Assembly: GCA_015680685.1 (NCBI GenBank)
Contig: MNCI01000307.1
Span: 117,549 to 181,548 of the forward strand
Origin: Gnetum montanum
Taxonomy: Eukaryota > Plantae > Gnetophyta
Reading direction: 5' to 3'
DNA length: 64,000 bases
Positions 36,219-49,310 of the stretch are shown piece by piece (within the stretch, counting starts at the first letter, position 1; every line of letters starts with the position of its first letter). Made by a program: the position numbers and the translations under genes. The notes under the pieces were generated by a model that saw only the letters and a program-made list of their open reading frames with translations, was not told the DNA's origin and did not search any database.

Positions 36219-38376
36219 TATTATTTCTTGAATGCAACTAAAGGCACTAAGAAGGAGGAGGGGTGAATTAAGACCTTATACAAAAAGTTTGACTTAAATA
36301 AAGACTAGTAGAAGACTAGAAAAAAGTTTTAAATAAACTTAATGTACAAAAATAGAGCACCTATGTATAAAAGAATAAATAGACACAAAGTTTCTAAGGT
36401 GGTTTAGCTACTATATTTTTCAACCTATATCCACCATAAAACTCTCCCGATATCTTAGGGGGCAGAGCAATTCTATTAATCAAAATAAATTTATAGAGAT
36501 TCTTTTATAGTCTTGGATTGAGCACATCCACTAAGCTAAAAGTTCCATAAATTTGTTTTCACAGCACAAAGGAAAAGATAAATACTCTTCCTTATCTTAA
36601 CACAGATACTCAAAAGTAACCAAGCTTCCTTAGATAACAAAAACACAACTTCTATAGAGAAAAAAATAGAGAGAGAAGAAGAAGAGAAGTGTAGAAGAAG
36701 AAATTCTAGTTCAAGCTCAAGGCTAAAACTAGAATACACAAGCTGAGTCAGACAACTTCAATTTATAACCTTCATTTCATCTAGTCATTTTCAAAGATAT
36801 TTTCCTAGGCATTGTTAATCTGCTGAAGAAGCACATAAGGAACTAAGCTATAATCATTACTAGTTTGTTGAAGAGTAGTTGAAGAAGAGGCCAAACCTAT
36901 TACATCTAAGATTCTAGTATTGCATATGGTATAAGCTTCAAGTGAGCATTAAAAGCTTAGTAGAGGAGAAGAAATCTGTAATTTCACCTTGATGTTGATA
37001 GCTCCTTCATACAAAAATCACTAGCCATGTTTATAACAACTTTGTAAGCTCCAAAAAATAACCATTATTTTCATTAATGGGATTTAGCTCTCTTTCATAG
37101 TAGTATAGACTCAAACTTTTATATAGAAGCTTCTTTTAATATAAACATATCCCCCTTTATTTCTGCAAATGTGACAAGACCTTTTATGGTGTAGCTTGTC
37201 TGAAACATGGTTTTAGAAATTGGTTCTAGCATTCCTTTTTCTTAGGCTAACATGGTAATTAGTGCTTTAAAGAAAATTAAAAGCTTTGATTCTTACAAAT
37301 TTTTTACTTTTAATAATCTTTTGTGCATGCAGTAAAAATTCTTATGTCGTAGAGCTATTTAGAAGAGCTTTGTAGATCCAAAACTGATTTGAGAAATCAA
37401 TTCTATGAGCTAATGTGGCAAGGTGCCTAGTGAACTAAGAATTAGTTTTGAAGCTTTCTATAAACAGACAAACATTTAAATTGAGCTATTTCATCCAAGC
37501 TTGTGTCAGAAAATAAAGTGATGACTAGGTAGAATTCATCAAATGAATCCTTGTAGAGCAAAAAAAATGTTCAAGTTGACATGATAGAGCTAATCGAATG
37601 AACCCTTCATAGAAGAAAAAACTACTCTACATGATAGTTAGTTCTATTTAGTGCTCTTCATTTCGAGCTAACATGGAAGAGCTAATCAGATGAGACCTTC
37701 ATAAAATGAAAAAATATCTCTACAAGCTAGCTAGTTTTATTTAGCACTCTTTGTTTTGAGCTAATGTGGTAGAGCTATTTTACAATCTTTTTTCAAAACC
37801 AAAAATGATTCCATGAGTTGGCTCTACATGCTAAGTTGGATTAAAGGTACTTTTGCACACATGCTATAAAACTATTTAAGCTCTATCCCAATAAATTTGT
37901 AAAAGAAAAGATAACATGGAAGAGCTATTTAAACTATTATTTGTAGAACCAAAATAAGCCTCTATGAGTTGGTTCTACAAGTTGAACTAGATTTAAAAAA
38001 TTTTAAGTGCACATGTTTTAAAACTATTTTAAGCTTTAGCACATTAAGTTCACAAAAAATAAAGCTAACGTGGTAAAGCTATTTGAAAAATTCTTTGTAT
38101 AGCCAAAATAGGCCTCTATGAGATAGCTCTACAAGCCAAGCTAGATTAAAAAACTTTAAGCACACGTGTTTTAAAATCTATTTAAGCTCAGTCCCATTAA
38201 ACAAACTTGATATAATAAAATCAATTCAAGCTACCTTCAACAATCTAAAATAGTACAAGCTATCTTTGCAAAATAAAAAGGAAGAGCTAAGCTCGAAGAG
38301 CCATTCTAGTCAAGCTAAGTAGAAACTTTTCTTCACTAAAAAGAAAAACTTGTAACCAAACTCAAAACACACAACA
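36219..38376 (-). repeat. 5' LTR of copia element (~2.16 kb)
   Basis: Adjacent to the PBS and homologous to 28830-30547. Contains many GCT(G/A)A(C/T)(G/A)TGG repeats. Confidence 0.85.
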
Positions 38377-38573
38377 AAGCATGGCAAGCACTTACTAAGC
38401 TAGATTAAGAACTAAAAGCATAAGTGCACCACCAAAATTTAAACATTGTGGTACTTTTCCTTTATAGCTCGCAAAGTCATTTTAAATTTAGCTTTAATAG
38501 CATGTACTAAAAAGCTACTATTGGTGAAATGAAAGCTCCAATGTGCATAATTGAAACTAAATGCAACACTTTT

Positions 38574-41043
38574 TATTACCAAAATTATTCATTGTGCAAA
38601 AATGTTATCTCCAAATATTGTTATATTACTAGGAAAAAATAAAAATAACACAATATTGAAATAAAACTTGTAGAATGGAGGGAGAGAAACAAGGGAAATA
38701 AACAGGAAAACAACATAGCAAATTTGACATCTTTAAACTATAAACTATAGAGATGTTTACAAAGCTCATAAGTTTGTTACTTCCATCACAACAACCATTA
38801 TCCAAGAGACCATACACTCTCAACTCATTGCCAAACTAATACAGATATACATAAATAGAGATGTTTACAAAGCTCATAAGTTAGTTGTTTCCATCACAAA
38901 AACCCTTATACAAGACACTCACAACAAATGAAGATGGATTTAAATAGAAAAATCTAGGATTTCAATTTCAATAATGGAGTCAACCCATAGTTAACTCAAA
39001 CATGTCTTTAGTCCTTCTTTTATAACAAGTTTTGAATATCTTAACCTTTATTTTTTTATTTTTTAAAAATCTAAAACTAAACAAAGATTAAAAGAGAAAA
39101 ATGAAGTCCAACACAGGTTAACTATATATTTTATCTTTATATTTATGTAAAATAATAATTCAAATGACATAGACTACTACAAAATAAGTAGGAACTACTT
39201 CATCAAAAAACACGCTATGCCTTCCATAATATGTATGGAAATCACAAACATGCAAAGGTGCATCAATCAGGATGCTATGCCTTTCACAATATGTAGAAAA
39301 ATCATAGACATGTAGAGGTATATACACAATCATTCAGGAAACATCTCTGCATAAAACATCCTAATAGAATAGGCCTTCTCAAGCCAAAACCACATGAGAT
39401 AGCATGATACTAGCACTAATAAATTCTATCCAAAAAACCATAACACATGCTAACACAAGACTTGAACAAAACAAAAAATATGTCAAGCTCATACTCTAAC
39501 TTAACAAAATATGTCTCTTAAATAGCAACATGCCTAGAGGGTACAACATCACTAGAGCCAATATCATCATATCTCAACATTATCAAACAATATCATCATG
39601 TCTCAAAATAAAGAAATTCTTTTTCACATGTCCATTATCATCACAATGTTATATCTTGGTCTCTTTTCTTTTCTATATGTTTCATTTATTAATGAGAATG
39701 AAAGCAATACATCTTCATTATCTTGTACATAAAACTCTTACTAAAATAAAAAATCAATATGCACTAAAATAGAAAATTAATCTACAAATCCAAACCACCT
39801 TGTAATTTTTTTTATTTTTATTTTTTTTGTGATTAGCCAGTAACTAACATTGCATAACTTAAGCTCGTTATGATACCACTTGTTACCAAAATTACACATG
39901 GTACAAAAACATTATATCCAAATATTAAAGGCATAAAAATAAAAATAAAGTAACAGAGTAATAATGAAGATAAACAAGAAAGAAACTTAGCAACTTTTCA
40001 CATATTCAAACTATAAAGAGATACAAAGATGATGTTTGAAAAGTTCATAAGTCAGTTGCTTATATCACAACCATTACATAAGAGACCATACACTCCCAAC
40101 TCATTGTGCATAACTAACCTGATGCCTTGTAAAACTTTTTTTTTTTTTTTTGGTGATCAACCAATAACTAACATTGCATAACTTAACCTCATTATTATAC
40201 CACTTGTTGCTAAAATTACACATGGTATAAAGATGTTATATCCAAATACTAAAGGCACAAAAATAAAAATAAAGTGAGAAAGAAATAAGGGAGATAAATA
40301 AGAAATCAATTTAGCAACTTTTCACAAGTTAGCAACTTTTCATAGATTCAAACTATAGAGAGATACAAAGATGATGTTTGCAAAGTTCATAAGTTTGTTG
40401 CTTATATCATAGCAACCATCACATAAGAGACCATACACTCTCAACTCACTGTGCATAACTCACCCAACACATTGTAAAACCTTTTTTTTTTCCTTTTTAT
40501 GATCAACCAATAACTAACATTGCATAACTTGACCTCGTTGTGATACCACTTGTTACCAAAAGAACACATCGTACAAAAATGTTATATCCAAATATTAAAA
40601 GCCAAAAAATAAAAATAAAGTGAGAGAAAAATAAGGAAGATAAACAAGAAAGAAACTTACTAACTTTTAACAAGTTAACAACTGTTCACATATTCAAACT
40701 ATAAAGAGATACAAAGATGATGTTTGCAAAGTTCATAAGTTAGTTGCTTATATCATAGCAACCATTACATAAAAGACCATACACTCTCAACTCACTACAT
40801 AAGAGACCATATACTTTCAACTCACTGTGACTAACTAATTCAAGATAGATTTAAAAAGATAGATTAGGGTAAAATAGATAGATGAGGTTTGAATAGATAA
40901 ATCTAAGGTTAGTTAACTTAGACATCTTTTCACTTTTTCTTCTACAATAAGTTTTAAAATTTTTTCTTTCTTACTTTTAAAAAATATAAAACTAAACAAA
41001 GAAGGAAGTCCAATACAAGTTAACTCTAGATTTCATCTTCACA
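38574..41043 (-). mobile_element. Non-coding TRIM-like LTR element with triplicated LTR-end/PBS unit
   Basis: Terminal repeats 38574-39141 and 40551-41043. Minus-strand TGGTAT(C/A)A PBS at 39871-39878, 40195-40202 and 40541-40548, each followed on + by ct and a tgtt(a/g)c LTR start. ~740 bp internal region without ORF. Confidence 0.7.
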
Positions 41044-41533
41044 TCTAGAAAACTTTCCTTATTTTCAAATTCTATGGGTATTTTATAGATAAATCTGTCA
41101 TTCCCATGACAAGCTAATTAAATAGGGTATCATCTATTAAGACAAGTCAATATGCAGTGATGAAACCTCTAAAAAAGCTAAATGTAAATTTTAGAATAGA
41201 ATTTACATCCTATTGATTTCTAGGTTGCATTAAAAACCTTTGGTTTGAATATTTCTATTTGTGCAGGTTTTGTTTCGATATAATACTGAAATTCATTGTG
41301 CTTGTATTTTTCTTAGTTGATATTCCATAGCTCATCCACCCAACTTTGATTTGTCTACATCGTTATCCCTTTCTTAGCTATCTAGTTTTCTCTACTTGTT
41401 AATATGCAACTACTGTTGACATTTTTCTCTTTTTCTTCTTTCAATGATATCTTCTAGTAATTACAAGGAAGAAATTTCTATAGTTCATTGGGATTTCATT
41501 TTCTATCATCTACGAGTAGGAGACATGCAATTA

Positions 41534-43380
41534 GTTTTTTAGGGAAAAGATCAGGATTTATTAAATAGAAAAATATGTACAAAGTAGCTGAGAAGGGCAT
41601 GGAACAATCAAAAACCACTAAAAATTTGGTAGTCCTTGACACCCAAGAAACCAGCCCAATCCAAAAACCCTAGGAATCCAAAATGATCTATGTTGAAACA
41701 TAGAGCTAGAAACCTTTATACCAAGATTCAAACACCTAGCCATAAATTCCAAAGACATTCCTATGTCCTATGCCAAAATGGCCTAATCACCCCAAACCCC
41801 CAAGCATCAATAGCCTTTTTAGGAGGCTCGTGCATGCACAATCCCTGTAATCCTAACACAGATAGTGCCATAGGGATCTCCCTATGTTCCTCAGCCATCA
41901 AAGAAGTGAAAACAAATTTAAAACAAATGACTAAGGGAGGGGCCAATTCCCTCTCTTAATTCTAACTTAGAATCCACTTCCTATAAACCTCCTTGACAGT
42001 AGGTTGGACCCCCAAGTCTATATCCAACACAAGTCTTGAGGGATGGTCAATCTTGTTCATTTTCAATGAAATATAAAAGGATCTTCTACCATGACATCCC
42101 TACTAGTAATTTTGTCCAAGGGGGTTAAGGGTCCCCCTAGACCATCGATACCCAAGTACTGGGAGGGGGAGGCTTCACCCTTGGCCTTGCTCCCATCACA
42201 TTTAATGCCAATCTACCCTTGATAAGTGAACCCAAAGATCCTAAAAATGAGTCAATGTTGGCAACCTCAACAATCCTAGTGATCCTTGTGACCTTGGTGA
42301 CCCTAGCAAAGTCTCCTTGAAAGCTACTTGTATCATCTACTTCATAGTCAGTGATGGATCCTTAGTCATGTTATCTTTCTATGCCTCCATTGGGCATTGA
42401 TCTATCTTCGCATTTTCATTCTTTCCTCCACCTATAGCTTTAGCTCCTTGGCATCGCCCCTAAGGGTACTAGTATATTAGGCTTTCTATTCCTATAAATC
42501 AATCCTATGGAGCCCTAAGCTGGTCCCCTATTAGGCCTCCCCTTCCAAGTAATGATTAACCAAGTCTTCCTAGCTTTCTTGGGGCCAAGTGTTTTCTAAA
42601 CCATTTGATAGTCTTTAGTTTGATGTCCCACCTTACCAATGGTTCCACAGCCCCTTATGGACTTGGCTACCTTAGGAATCATAACCATGTTTTCATATTC
42701 GATAAGCACCTTCTCCTCCCCCAAAGGGAGGTCAATGACAACTTTGGTGATTAAATCCCGTGGTGACAATGACCCCCACACGTAGAATCTAGCAAAACCC
42801 ATCTAATCCAAAGAGTTAGTAGCTTGATCAAAGGAGATGAAATCCCCAAAGAAATTGACAAAATTTCTCAGAAAATCCATCACCCAAATTTTCCACAGAA
42901 TCCCAAATTCCTAGATCCAAATAGGTATCCTCAAAAATAGGTTTGGATCATGATTGGTACTAGCCTTCAATGTATTAGAGATAGGTCCCATGTCCTAAAG
43001 AACCAAGGATTCCCCATCAAAACTCATTCCCTATTAGACATTAACTGGAAAATAAAGAGAAATAAACTTCTAGGAAGGCTATGAACCTTTGCAAGGTAAG
43101 ACCCCTAGTGTGTGGCAAATGACTTTTTAACCATATCTAAACTAGGGGCCACCTTTGCAAAAAGAAACTTGCTAATGAGGCTCTATTTAACCATTCATAA
43201 ACCCTCACCTAGTAGCGCCTACATACGAATCCTCATCAAACCATCCATTTTTAGGCATTCCTCAATACCCCCATCCCCAGGGTGCCAAGAGTGTCCATCC
43301 CAAAACCTTGTAGCACATTTTCCTTTTGACCATGCATGAGAGCCATCGATTGCCTCCCTAGTCATCCCTCCCATTTATAA
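41534..43380 (-). mobile_element. Plant L1 LINE derivative: ORF1 (DUF4283/Zn-knuckle type) joined to the 3' end, EN/RT missing
   Basis: RIPIWI..W..FGDFISFDQATNSLD*MGFARFYV..IEYENM..CGTIGKVGHQTKDY at 42600-42940. Minus-strand AATAAA plus A-tail at ~41534-41562. Confidence 0.75.
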
Positions 43381-44239
43381 ATTTCCAAATAGCATAGAAA
43401 ATGCATTCTAAGTTTTCTAAAATAATCTTAATAATTAAAAAAACTTTTTTTAAACATTAAGTTTAGGCCATATTTTGTATTCAGTGTAATATAACTCAAG
43501 AAGTGGTTAATAAAGTTTTCATCAGAGAACAACCACAACTAGAAATGGGATCATTTTCATATTTACATAATTATTTTATAAAATGTAAAAATATGTAATT
43601 AGTAATAATAGTGCATCTCTTTTTCTCATCACATAATATATAATAGTGAGCCCTTTTATATCTTCCTAAAATCTTATAATTGTATCATCTTGAAATCTTA
43701 TAAAAATTCAATCCATATAGTTATTCAATGTCTTTAAGAGGATAATTATGGTTACCATTAATCTTATTATACCACAAAATCCTCTTTTCACCTTAATACT
43801 TGTCAATCATATTCCTCCATATTATGGAATATATTTTTCTTTAATAGATTTGGCTCGCTAATATCATTAAGACATGGAAAATTGAAGTCTCTTTATAAAT
43901 TTAAATGAATCCAACCAACAAAACCAAGAATGTGGTCTTGTAACCAAAAATCATAATAGACATTCCCAAGCTAATGCGAGGACTTAAAAAGGACTACAAA
44001 TGAGGGCCAACACTAGAAGAACAATCACAACAAGGGAAGACAAGGTTATTGTTGTTCCCATTAGGCAATTACAAAGCCTATGATGTGGTAGGTGAGGGCA
44101 TGTGTATGCATGATGTGATTTTTTATTGATATACATGGATAATGTATCATCATGCTCATGGATGTGTTTCATGTTAACATGTATGCATACTTATGCTATC
44201 ATTGTTACACTTCAACCTGCATATCTTTTCATCTCTTGG

Positions 44240-46215
44240 AAACCATAAGGAGGTGCAATTAGCACCCTCTTGCAATCCCTACCAAAAGATAGCTAAACCT
44301 TTCAAAAGAGAACAATTGCTCTTAATTTGATTCTACTAGAGGGAAGATGGTCATCCAAAAGGCTCAACATCAACCATAAGGCATTAATACCTTTTGATCA
44401 TGAATAATTGCTTAGAGATCATGGATTCTAGAAGGTAAAGGGTCATCTAGTTACATATTCTAGCTCAACTGTGAGGTAGTGCATCTAACAACCTCTTGTA
44501 GTCCCTACCAAAAGACACTAAATCTTTTGAAATGCTTCAATTGCTCCATGATCCTAGCTTCAATAAGGTAGATTGCCAAATGGATGCAGTTTCTAGTAGA
44601 ACTACAAGGAGGTGTGACTAGCACCATCCCACAATCCCTACTGGAAGGTAGCTGAACCTACTAATAGAAACAATTTGCTTATAATTAGATTCTACAGAAG
44701 AAATATGGTCATTCAAAAGGCTCAATATGAACCAAAAGGCACTAAGACTTTCTAGTTATGAATAATTGCATGAAGATTATGGCTTCTAGAAGCTAGTGGC
44801 TCATCTAGTTGCGAATAATTGCTTGCAGATTGTGGCTTCTGGAAGGTAGTGGATCATCTAGTTGTAAATTCTAGCTTAACTATGAAGCATTATAACTAGT
44901 ACCTACCCACAATCCCTAGTATAAGGCACTCAAATCTTTCAAAAGGGTTCAAATGCATCATGATCCTAGTATTCAGAAGGTAGATTGCCATCTGGTTATA
45001 ATTTCTAGCAAACTTACAAGGGGTGCAACTAGCACCTTGCTATATTCCCTATCAAAAGGTAATTGAACCTTCTAAAAGGGAAACATTTCTTGTAATTTGA
45101 TTCTATCAAAAGGAAGATTTTCATTTTTAAGACTCAAGATCAAACATAAGGCATTCAGACCTTCCAATTGTCAATAATTACTTGGAGATCATGGCTTCTA
45201 GAAGCTAGAGGATCATCTAGTTGCAAATTTTAACTAAACTTTGAGGCCAAATGACTAGCATCCTCTTGCAATATCCACTATAGGGGACCCAAACCTTTTG
45301 AATGGGTTCAATTGCTCCAAGATCTTAGCTACCAAAAGGCATATCACCATCTAGTGCAACTTCTAGTAGAATTTCTAGGGAATGCAACTAGCACCCTCTT
45401 GTAGTCCCTACCAAAAGGCATCCAAACCTTCTAGAAGGGAACAATTGCTCATAATTTGATGCTACCAAAAGGAAGATAATCATCCAAAAGGATCAAGATC
45501 AACTAGAACACATTAAGACCTTCCAACTACAAATAACTACTTGGAGATTAGGGCTTCTGAAAGGCAGTGGATCATTTGATTGCAAAGTCCTACTAAAATA
45601 CCAAGGAGTGTGACTAGCATCCTTTTGTAGTTCCCACCATAAGGCATTTAGACCTCCCAAAAGGTGCAACTACTCCAACATCATAACTTTCTAAAGGCTA
45701 AAGAAGGACTATCTTAATGCAATTTTTAGCAAAACTATGAATCGGTGCAACTAGCACTCTCCTATAATTCCCACAGGAAGGCAATAGGAACTTCTAGAAG
45801 GGAATAATTACTTGTAATTTGAAGCCACTAAAAGGAAGATGGTCATTTAGAAGGCTTAAGATCAACCAAAAGGCATTAAGACCATTCACTTATGAATAAT
45901 TTCTTAGAGATCATGGCTTCAAGAAGGAAGAGGATCATCCGATTGCAAATTCCTACTGAACTGTAAGGGAGTGTGACTAGCACCCTCCCACAGTTCCCAC
46001 TAGAAGGCACTCAGATATTTTGAAAGGATGTGATTCTCCAAGATCCAAGCTTCTAGAAGGTAGAGCATTATCTAGTTGTAAATTCTAGTTGAATTATGAG
46101 GCTTTGCAACTAACACCCTCCTACAATCCCAATTGATAGGCACTCAAGCCTTCTAATACAAAACAACTGCTTGGAATTTAAGGATATTGAAAGGAAGAGG
46201 ATCATTCAAAAGGCC
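44240..46215. repeat. Higher-order tandem array, ~360-bp unit made of ~227 + ~132 bp related subunits, ~5.5 copies
   Basis: The anchor (c)tagcaccctc..aatccc recurs at ~44261, 44488, 44619, 44898, 45030, 45256, 45388, 45615, 45751, 45977 and 46110. Confidence 0.9.
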
Positions 46216-46227
46216 ATTGTGAATTTC

Positions 46228-46293
46228 TTAACCCTAAACCCTAAAGTGTTGCTGTGGTTCCTTAACCCTAAATCCTAAAGTAATGCTATGGTT
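46228..46293 (+). repeat. Telomere-like (AAACCCT) motifs in a ~35-bp tandem duplication
   Basis: aaccctaaaccctaaagt..gct.tggtt and aaccctaaatcctaaagt..gct.tggtt. Confidence 0.75.
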
Positions 46294-47299
46294 TGAACCC
46301 AATGTAACATAATGTTTAACTAACATCCAAAATTAAATCATAAATGAAAATCACATACTCTATCTAACAATAAACATGAAAAAAATTTTGATTCTTATTA
46401 TCCTTCTTATGTTTCCTAGTTATTGTACTTACCCTTCATGTAATTACTATTCATTACTTTTCCAATTAATTACTTAGTTTACAACATAAGTAATGGTATC
46501 CTAAGAGATTCTTATGAATTGGGCGGTAATTTCTAGTCTTGGCTATTATGGTAAGGCGTTAGACTCATTGTAGTTAACTATCATGCAATACTCATCATAG
46601 TTAACTATCATCCAATGGCTAATCATAACTTTTAAAATTAAATACTAACTTTACAATAGAAGTGTTGATATCCTAAGAGGTTATTCTATCTCAGGTGTTA
46701 ATTTTTAGTTTTTGTCTATATATGTTAGGCTTTATTTTAATATGCTATGGATACTATGAGGTAATCCTACTAGCAGTGTATCACAATTTATGTACTCTAG
46801 ATGAAATTGTATGTGATTGCTACTTGTAGTTTCTAGAATGTGAGAGAGTTCTTGTTGCATGTCCTCAAAACATACATATCAAAGTATGAGTAGTATAATA
46901 ATAATATGAGACATATTATTACTATTAAACTACGATAATACATTTAAAGTGTGACTTGTAGTTTTGGAAAATGCAACTCACAAACCTTTGCATTGTGGGG
47001 TAAAATTTAAGAAAATAATATGAATCACCTCGACCATTATTATCACTTTTACTCTCACTTTTACCTTCACTTGTGCATAGCAAACACCAAGTAAGTAGTA
47101 GTGTTGTAGAATGCTATTGAGCAAGGGTACAAAGGCAACAATAGAGGATTTCATTTCAAAGCATTAAATTTTAGATTTTAAAACAATAATTATTAGGAGG
47201 ACAAGTTAAACCACACCGTGATTCTAGATTTATTATCCTTTTTCTCAAGCTATGGTTAGGTTTGATAGTTTGTGATTTGATTAAAATGAAGAATTTTAT

Positions 47300-49310
47300 T
47301 TTTGTATATGGTTGTATTTCCTATAGTTTTTTTTCTTTTTAGTAAGTACTAAAGCTAATAATAAGGATGGTTGAGAAGTGGAAGAGTCATGTTTGCTTGC
47401 TCTTCTCTTTTCAAACCATTGATTATCTCTAGGTGGTCTACTAGAAAATCTGGGCCTAGTGGTCCTCTTGGCATTTCTTCTAGTTCATCCTCTTTCTTGG
47501 TTGCTAACTAAGGTTTAACAAAGAACATAGGTTTATCACATCATTCACATTGAAGAAAATATAATTTGGGTAATTAGATCTCCTTGAATTGTAATTTGTA
47601 TCCTCCTTATTTGATTGTGATGTTACTGGAATGTTCATTCCTTTTTCCTTTACTTCTTCATGGTGGACTTTATTATTATTCTGCTTTAGTTCAACTAATT
47701 CATTAAAAATATTTTGAAGTGAAGTTAATATTTATGTTATTTGATTTTCTATTTGACAAGGGGATGCATTAGGATTATATATTTCATTTGGATTTATGAT
47801 GGATTAGATCAAAGCTTTGAATTGATCATCAGTTAAACTGGTATTTGGTGGTAAAAATGAAGAGGATGTGGGACCTTGAAAATAGCTACTTGTAGGTTGA
47901 GTCATTTGAAGGGGAGTGGGAGTTTGGAACAAAGTATTATTCACTAGGAAAATTTGTAGTGGTAAAGGGGTAGACTATATAGGATTGCTAACATTCATCA
48001 TCCCAAATTGAGTTTGAATGCTATTCATCAAGGTAATTTTCTCTAACTCAACAACTTTAGCCATTACTCCGTGTATTTACATTATGTTAGGATCATATTT
48101 AATGGCATAGGTGAAGAATTGATCAATGGTAGAGAGGTAGAAATTGAGGATACCATCAGGCTACAGACACATCTCATTTTTCACATAAGCAAGTTGATGG
48201 ACAAATCTTAAATTGTAGTCATGAACATTTTCCCCAAGTAGTTTTCTTAAGCTTGTGAAATTGCTTGATGCTAAGGCAAGGCTAGTGAACTTATCAAACT
48301 AAAGTAGAAACTTATATTTAAACTCTTTCCATGAGTTCATAGAGGCATTTGGGAGCATCAAAAACCATTAGGTGGATTTTCTTCTAAAATTTGTTATAAA
48401 GACCCTACATGCTATGTCGTTTTAGACAATGTTATGGATGCCTAGTAAGGTTTCCAAAACATTTTATATGTTGGCAAGCATCACTAGTAGGGGTTGTGTG
48501 ATCAAAGAATAAATTTATGTTTTGAATTGATTTTGGAATATCATAATAATTGGTGAAGTTAAATAGGTTGCTCACCAAGGGAGCTGGGGGTTGATTGGCT
48601 ACCATCCTAGTTTAAATTCTTCTAGGGATAGAACTTGGAACTTGTGTAAATCATTGTTTGCTTAAAATGAAATGATGAGTAGCTAGTTGATTAGGTGCAT
48701 AATTAGAAGCTCTTTTTTGAGTTGCTCTCTAGGGACGTTGGCTCATAAAATGAAAATTATAGAATATAAATGCTAAAATAAAACTATAAAATTAAGTAAA
48801 AAAAATAGAATTTAAAAAAAGTAAATGCAAGAAATTGCAATAAATAAGATTGAAAGGAAGTAAATTTAAACATAATAATGTTATTAATGAGAACCACGTC
48901 ACTAAATTTAAGACTAAGGTAAGGACCACCAAAGTAAAAATTTGCAAAGAGGATGGATAAAATGAGGGTTTGAAGAGGCAAGATTAGCTAAAAAAAGGTG
49001 ATAACTATGAATTGGATTGGAAATGAGGATTCTGGTAATGAAAATGACAATTTTTAGGAAATAGGAAAAAAAATATTTTGTGGAAATAGAAATAGAAAAT
49101 AAACGTGTTGAGTAACACAAATTAAAATGAAGCAAAAAAATTTTAGGATTTTTTTGGAAACTATAAATAGGAACAAAAATTTCCAAGAACAAAAAAATGA
49201 GAATTTTAAACAAAAAAAGTCAATAGAAATAAGTTCTAAAACTAAAACAGGAATAGGAAACAAAACAGGATCAAGAACAGGAAACAAAATATGCCCTCCT
49301 TCTAGCACCA
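47300..49310 (-). mobile_element. Remnant of a Ty3/gypsy (Tat-like) element: PBS, 5' leader and gag; LTR probably from ~49314 rightwards
   Basis: gag NDIACRVFITNFRRKST*WF..LPNASMNSWKEFKYKF..GENVHDYNLRF at 48100-48480. PBS-like TGGTGCTAGAAGGAGGG at 49310-49294. Confidence 0.65.

Larger units (their letters stand above)
28830..38376 (-). mobile_element. Ty1/copia LTR retrotransposon, SIRE/Maximus-like, decayed; 3' LTR truncated
   Basis: Order gag-INT-RT-RH on the minus strand. tRNA-iMet PBS. ~2.16 kb LTR with an ATTCACCCC motif near the U5 end. Several PPT-like tracts at 31075-31240 and 30548-30565. Confidence 0.9.

Noticed and set aside
44240-46215. CRISPR-like or LRR-coding interpretation of the array
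   Set aside because: Plant context, spacers are themselves homologous, the period is not 72 bp, and no frame is sustained.
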